Notes under the pieces: model-generated
Seen by the model: the letters and a program-made list of their open reading frames with translations, nothing else
Database searches by the model: none
Told to the model about the DNA's origin: nothing
Assembly (NCBI GenBank): GCA_963666625.1
Contig: OY762925.1
Location: 2,373,792-2,437,791, forward strand
Reading direction: 5' to 3'
DNA length: 64,000 bases
Origin: Arenicellales bacterium
GTDB lineage: Bacteria > Pseudomonadota > Gammaproteobacteria > Arenicellales > JAJDZL01
Translations under genes and position numbers: made by a program
In this document: positions 61,491 through 64,000 of the stretch, one piece after another
Numbering within the stretch: the first letter of the stretch is position 1
How the letters are laid out: every line of letters starts with the position of its first letter

Positions 61491-63503
61491 TCATCTTTGA
61501 AGGTCCATCAGTGTAGCATCCGGTTCTCTGTTGACAGGACGGATCATTCTTTCTGGATCAGGCAAATGCAGGATCGGTTCGGGAGTGCCATCTGCAAACT
61601 TCGCCCACATCGGATGTCTCACCACTCGACCCATCTCGTCGACCGTCATTGTCGATGTAATGCCGTGATATTTTGCTGTGGAATTCTCGCGCAGTGTGTC
61701 GAGGCGGGAAACCAGGTTGTAGGTATCGATCCCCATCGCGTAGATGCGGTTGAGGCCAACTGGCAATTGGCGTTCAGACTTCAATTTCCGTCGCAGGTTG
61801 TTTGTCGTGTCACCTTGATCGACCAACCAGCTCATATCGGCAAAACGTATACCGTCGAGGTCCTGATCGGAAATTTTGTCAATTTCACCGCTGTATATTC
61901 GACTCGTTGCATAGACCGGTATGTCATGTGCTTTAAGAAAATCGATATGTGGTTTGATCAGCCTTCCATGCAAAGGATCGGAACTGAGAAAAATGCAGTC
62001 CATATCCTGCCGCCTTCGTGGTATGAATTTCAACGAGCGTCCCAGTTCGTCGCGCAATGTGCGATAACGTTGGACGCTCTCGGCAATATTGAACACCTCT
62101 TTGACGGTGTCTGAATAGTCGTTGCGTCCGGTTTCGAATATCTTGCTCTGTATAACGGCACCGCCGAGCCTTTCCCACTCCAATCTGAAAGCATCAGTTG
62201 CTCGCTTCGACCAGTTTGAGGGTGATTCGAGAATCAGAGCGGTTTTGTGTCCATCCTGTCTCGCGCGTTGTGCAGCGATCACTCCATCGTGTTCCGGTGC
62301 AAGCGCGAACTGGTAGACCGGTTCTGACTGAGGAATATCGTCAGCGACTCCCAGCAATAAAGTGGGTACGACAAAGGTCCCGGAGCGCACCATTTCCTCA
62401 ACATAACTGACACCGAGTGGTCCAACCACAAACTCTGCTCCATCGAATAGAGCCTGAAAATAGTGCTGGGTAATCTGACTGGGGTCGTTTCCGATGTCAA
62501 CGAATTCCAGTATGGGTTTGTTTGGGCTGGTATCAGCGAAATATTGAGCATTGATCCCATCCATGAAAGTCCGAACGGCCAGATTGCTATGCGATGACAA
62601 CGGAAGAAGCACCGCGATATTGGAGTAGGTGAGGTTGTCAGATGCAATCCCCGACTCGATCAGTTGCACCGCTTGATGGTCTGGGTTACTGGCGATCCAG
62701 TTATCCAGCGCGTTACGCATCAAATGAGGATCATGCCGCACCAAATTTATGTTCAAAGCCAGCAGAATCCACGGATGTGCGTTCGCTAAATCTGAATCCG
62801 ATAATGCCATAGCAAGTTCATCCGATGGTACCATGCTGAGAACTTGCCACAGTTGATGTCCGGTGGTCAGACGCTCGTCTCCGGCCGGAAGCATTGCGTA
62901 GAGTCGAACCAGCTCGTTGACCAACAGCAATTTGTCATCCAAATGGGACGCGGAATGAACTCTAAGCCGTGCAATCCGCAATGTCTGCTCGGGACTTAGA
63001 ATCGGTCGCTTCGAGATTCTGCCCAATTGTCGGTATGCGACATTGTGCCGGGCATTGAATTGATGAACACGCGCTCTGAAAACATCGTAATCCACCCGCT
63101 CTGAATCACTCAGCTCATCGACCACAAGTAAGCCTGCGACCGACAAAGCCTGTGAGATGTTGTGCTCCCTCAAAAGAACATTTGCTGCGTCGATGAGTTT
63201 CAAGTTGCGACTCGGTTCCGAGCTTTCCGCCTGGTTTACCAAATTCCAGGCCGAGTATTCGGTTTCGGGTACGACTACCTCAACAAATGAATCCTCCGAT
63301 GGAAATTCGATAATCGCGGGAATCTCGTCAGCGGAAGGTGTTGTCGGTGGAGCATCCGCAATGATCGTGCCTGAATCGGAGGGTAGTGATGAATCAACCT
63401 GTACAGTTGTGCCTTCCTGAACACAGCCGGTCAGAAACACAGACACAACGAAAAGAGAAGCCGTCGGGAGCTTTCCTGTTGACAACGAGAATTTGAAATT
63501 CAT
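61491..63503 (-). CDS. lpoA: Penicillin-binding protein activator LpoA-like lipoprotein
   Basis: Start taken at the ATG at 63503 (MNFKFSLSTGKLPTASLFVVSVFLTGC, lipobox LTGC). N-terminal helical-repeat domain and C-terminal periplasmic-binding-like domain (FVVGPLGVSYVEEM). Divergent from rsmI as in E. coli. Confidence 0.75.
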   Translation of the reverse strand: MNFKFSLSTGKLPTASLFVVSVFLTGCVQEGTTVQVDSSLPSDSGTIIADAPPTTPSADEIPAIIEFPSEDSFVEVVVPETEYSAWNLVNQAESSEPSRNLKLIDAANVLLREHNISQALSVAGLLVVDELSDSERVDYDVFRARVHQFNARHNVAYRQLGRISKRPILSPEQTLRIARLRVHSASHLDDKLLLVNELVRLYAMLPAGDERLTTGHQLWQVLSMVPSDELAMALSDSDLANAHPWILLALNINLVRHDPHLMRNALDNWIASNPDHQAVQLIESGIASDNLTYSNIAVLLPLSSHSNLAVRTFMDGINAQYFADTSPNKPILEFVDIGNDPSQITQHYFQALFDGAEFVVGPLGVSYVEEMVRSGTFVVPTLLLGVADDIPQSEPVYQFALAPEHDGVIAAQRARQDGHKTALILESPSNWSKRATDAFRLEWERLGGAVIQSKIFETGRNDYSDTVKEVFNIAESVQRYRTLRDELGRSLKFIPRRRQDMDCIFLSSDPLHGRLIKPHIDFLKAHDIPVYATSRIYSGEIDKISDQDLDGIRFADMSWLVDQGDTTNNLRRKLKSERQLPVGLNRIYAMGIDTYNLVSRLDTLRENSTAKYHGITSTMTVDEMGRVVRHPMWAKFADGTPEPILHLPDPERMIRPVNREPDATLMDLQR

Positions 63504-63591
63504 GCGATTGGGCTGATAAATTCGGATGGAATTACCATAATAAACGAGGAGCAGCACATCTGGTTGTGAGATTATAACTTTATCCAAATCT

Positions 63592-64000
63592 ATGAATACT
63601 GCAGGAACACTCTTTGTAGTTGCTACCCCAATCGGCAACCTGGAAGATATCACTTTAAGGGCAATCAGGATTCTCAAAGAAGTGGACATGATTGCGGCCG
63701 AAGATACGCGGCATAGTCTAAAGCTTCTGCAAAGGTATGGGATATCAACCAAAATGGTTCCGTTTCATCAGCACAATCAGAAACATCAGACTCATCGGCT
63801 GGTCAAACTACTTCAAAGAGGCGAGAGCATCGCCCTGATCAGTGATGCGGGTACCCCTCTGATTTCAGACCCGGGTCAGGCGTTGGTTGCGGCCTCGCAA
63901 GAAGGGGGAATTTCAGTGGTTCCAATCCCCGGAGCAAGTGCACTGACCTGCGCACTGTCTGCATTCGGGATACCTGTGGAAAATACGATCTTTGCTGGTT
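63592..64000 (+). CDS. rsmI: 16S rRNA (cytidine1402-2'-O)-methyltransferase, N-terminal part (3' end outside window)
   Basis: MNTAGTLFVVATPIGNLEDITLRAIRILKEVDMIAAEDTRHS..LL..YGI... and ISDAGTPLISDPG are diagnostic RsmI motifs. The reading frame is open to the window edge. Confidence 0.9.
   Translation, partial: MNTAGTLFVVATPIGNLEDITLRAIRILKEVDMIAAEDTRHSLKLLQRYGISTKMVPFHQHNQKHQTHRLVKLLQRGESIALISDAGTPLISDPGQALVAASQEGGISVVPIPGASALTCALSAFGIPVENTIFAG

Noticed and set aside
63504-63752. N-terminal 83-codon extension of the lpoA ORF in the track (start 63752)
   Set aside because: The extension overlaps the rsmI start region on the opposite strand and is not protein-like. An internal ATG at 63503 gives a textbook lipoprotein signal (…FLTGC).
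1-64000. CRISPR arrays, rRNA genes, IS elements/transposases, integrases, prophage structural genes
   Set aside because: No regularly spaced direct repeats, no rRNA-like conserved stretches, and no ORF with transposase, integrase or phage-structural motifs were seen on either strand.

Overview
64-kb chromosomal window that reads like a marine Gammaproteobacteria-type genome. Supporting gene order: yicC-gmk, rppH, tRNA-Gly(CCC), and dolP / lpoA / rsmI. All calls come from reading the six-frame track and the raw sequence by eye. No BLAST, HMM or Rfam search was run, so family names are motif-level recognitions from memory.

Core content:
- An RND efflux pair.
- A GT1 glycosyltransferase and a Rieske protein.
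- DegP/DegQ.
- A two-component system upstream of a CitG-like gene and fae (formaldehyde-activating enzyme).
- ggt and a SprT-like protein.
- An acyl-CoA dehydrogenase.
- A Liv-type ABC transporter operon with an Asp/Glu/hydantoin racemase gene.
- A tetrahydromethanopterin-type pterin cluster: PCD, HPPK-DHPS fusion, DUF447, DHPS-like protein, flavoprotein.
- A BepA-like M48 peptidase.
- A dsrEFHCMK cassette with no dsrAB in the window.
- panB, msrA and rppH.

Two patches look accessory.

(1) 6.6-14.7 kb. A low-GC insert carries a tightly packed mqsR-like / mqsA-like / KGGVGR-ParA-type ATPase-TPR operon. Twin 12-bp palindromes lie in its promoter. An MmeI-family Type IIL restriction-modification gene follows, and its start overlaps the gmk stop codon.

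(2) 47.5-53.3 kb. A compositionally mosaic block contains:
- a DNA-binding-domain-less S24 peptidase;
- a GC-rich DUF3782-like coiled-coil/PD-(D/E)xK gene;
- a GC-rich structured non-coding stretch;
- a two-gene pair (unknown 'YYEFQAID' protein + AlbA_2/Schlafen-like ATPase-type protein);
- an orphan AbiEi-like wHTH gene.

The best candidate for an undescribed system is the tripartite toxin-antitoxin-NTPase/TPR operon at 6900-9657. The second candidate is the 49265-51672 gene pair.

Other observations: a frameshifted DUF1640 gene, a tRNA 3'-end-like fragment, and an ATPase gene remnant. No CRISPR array, rRNA, integrase or transposase was seen.
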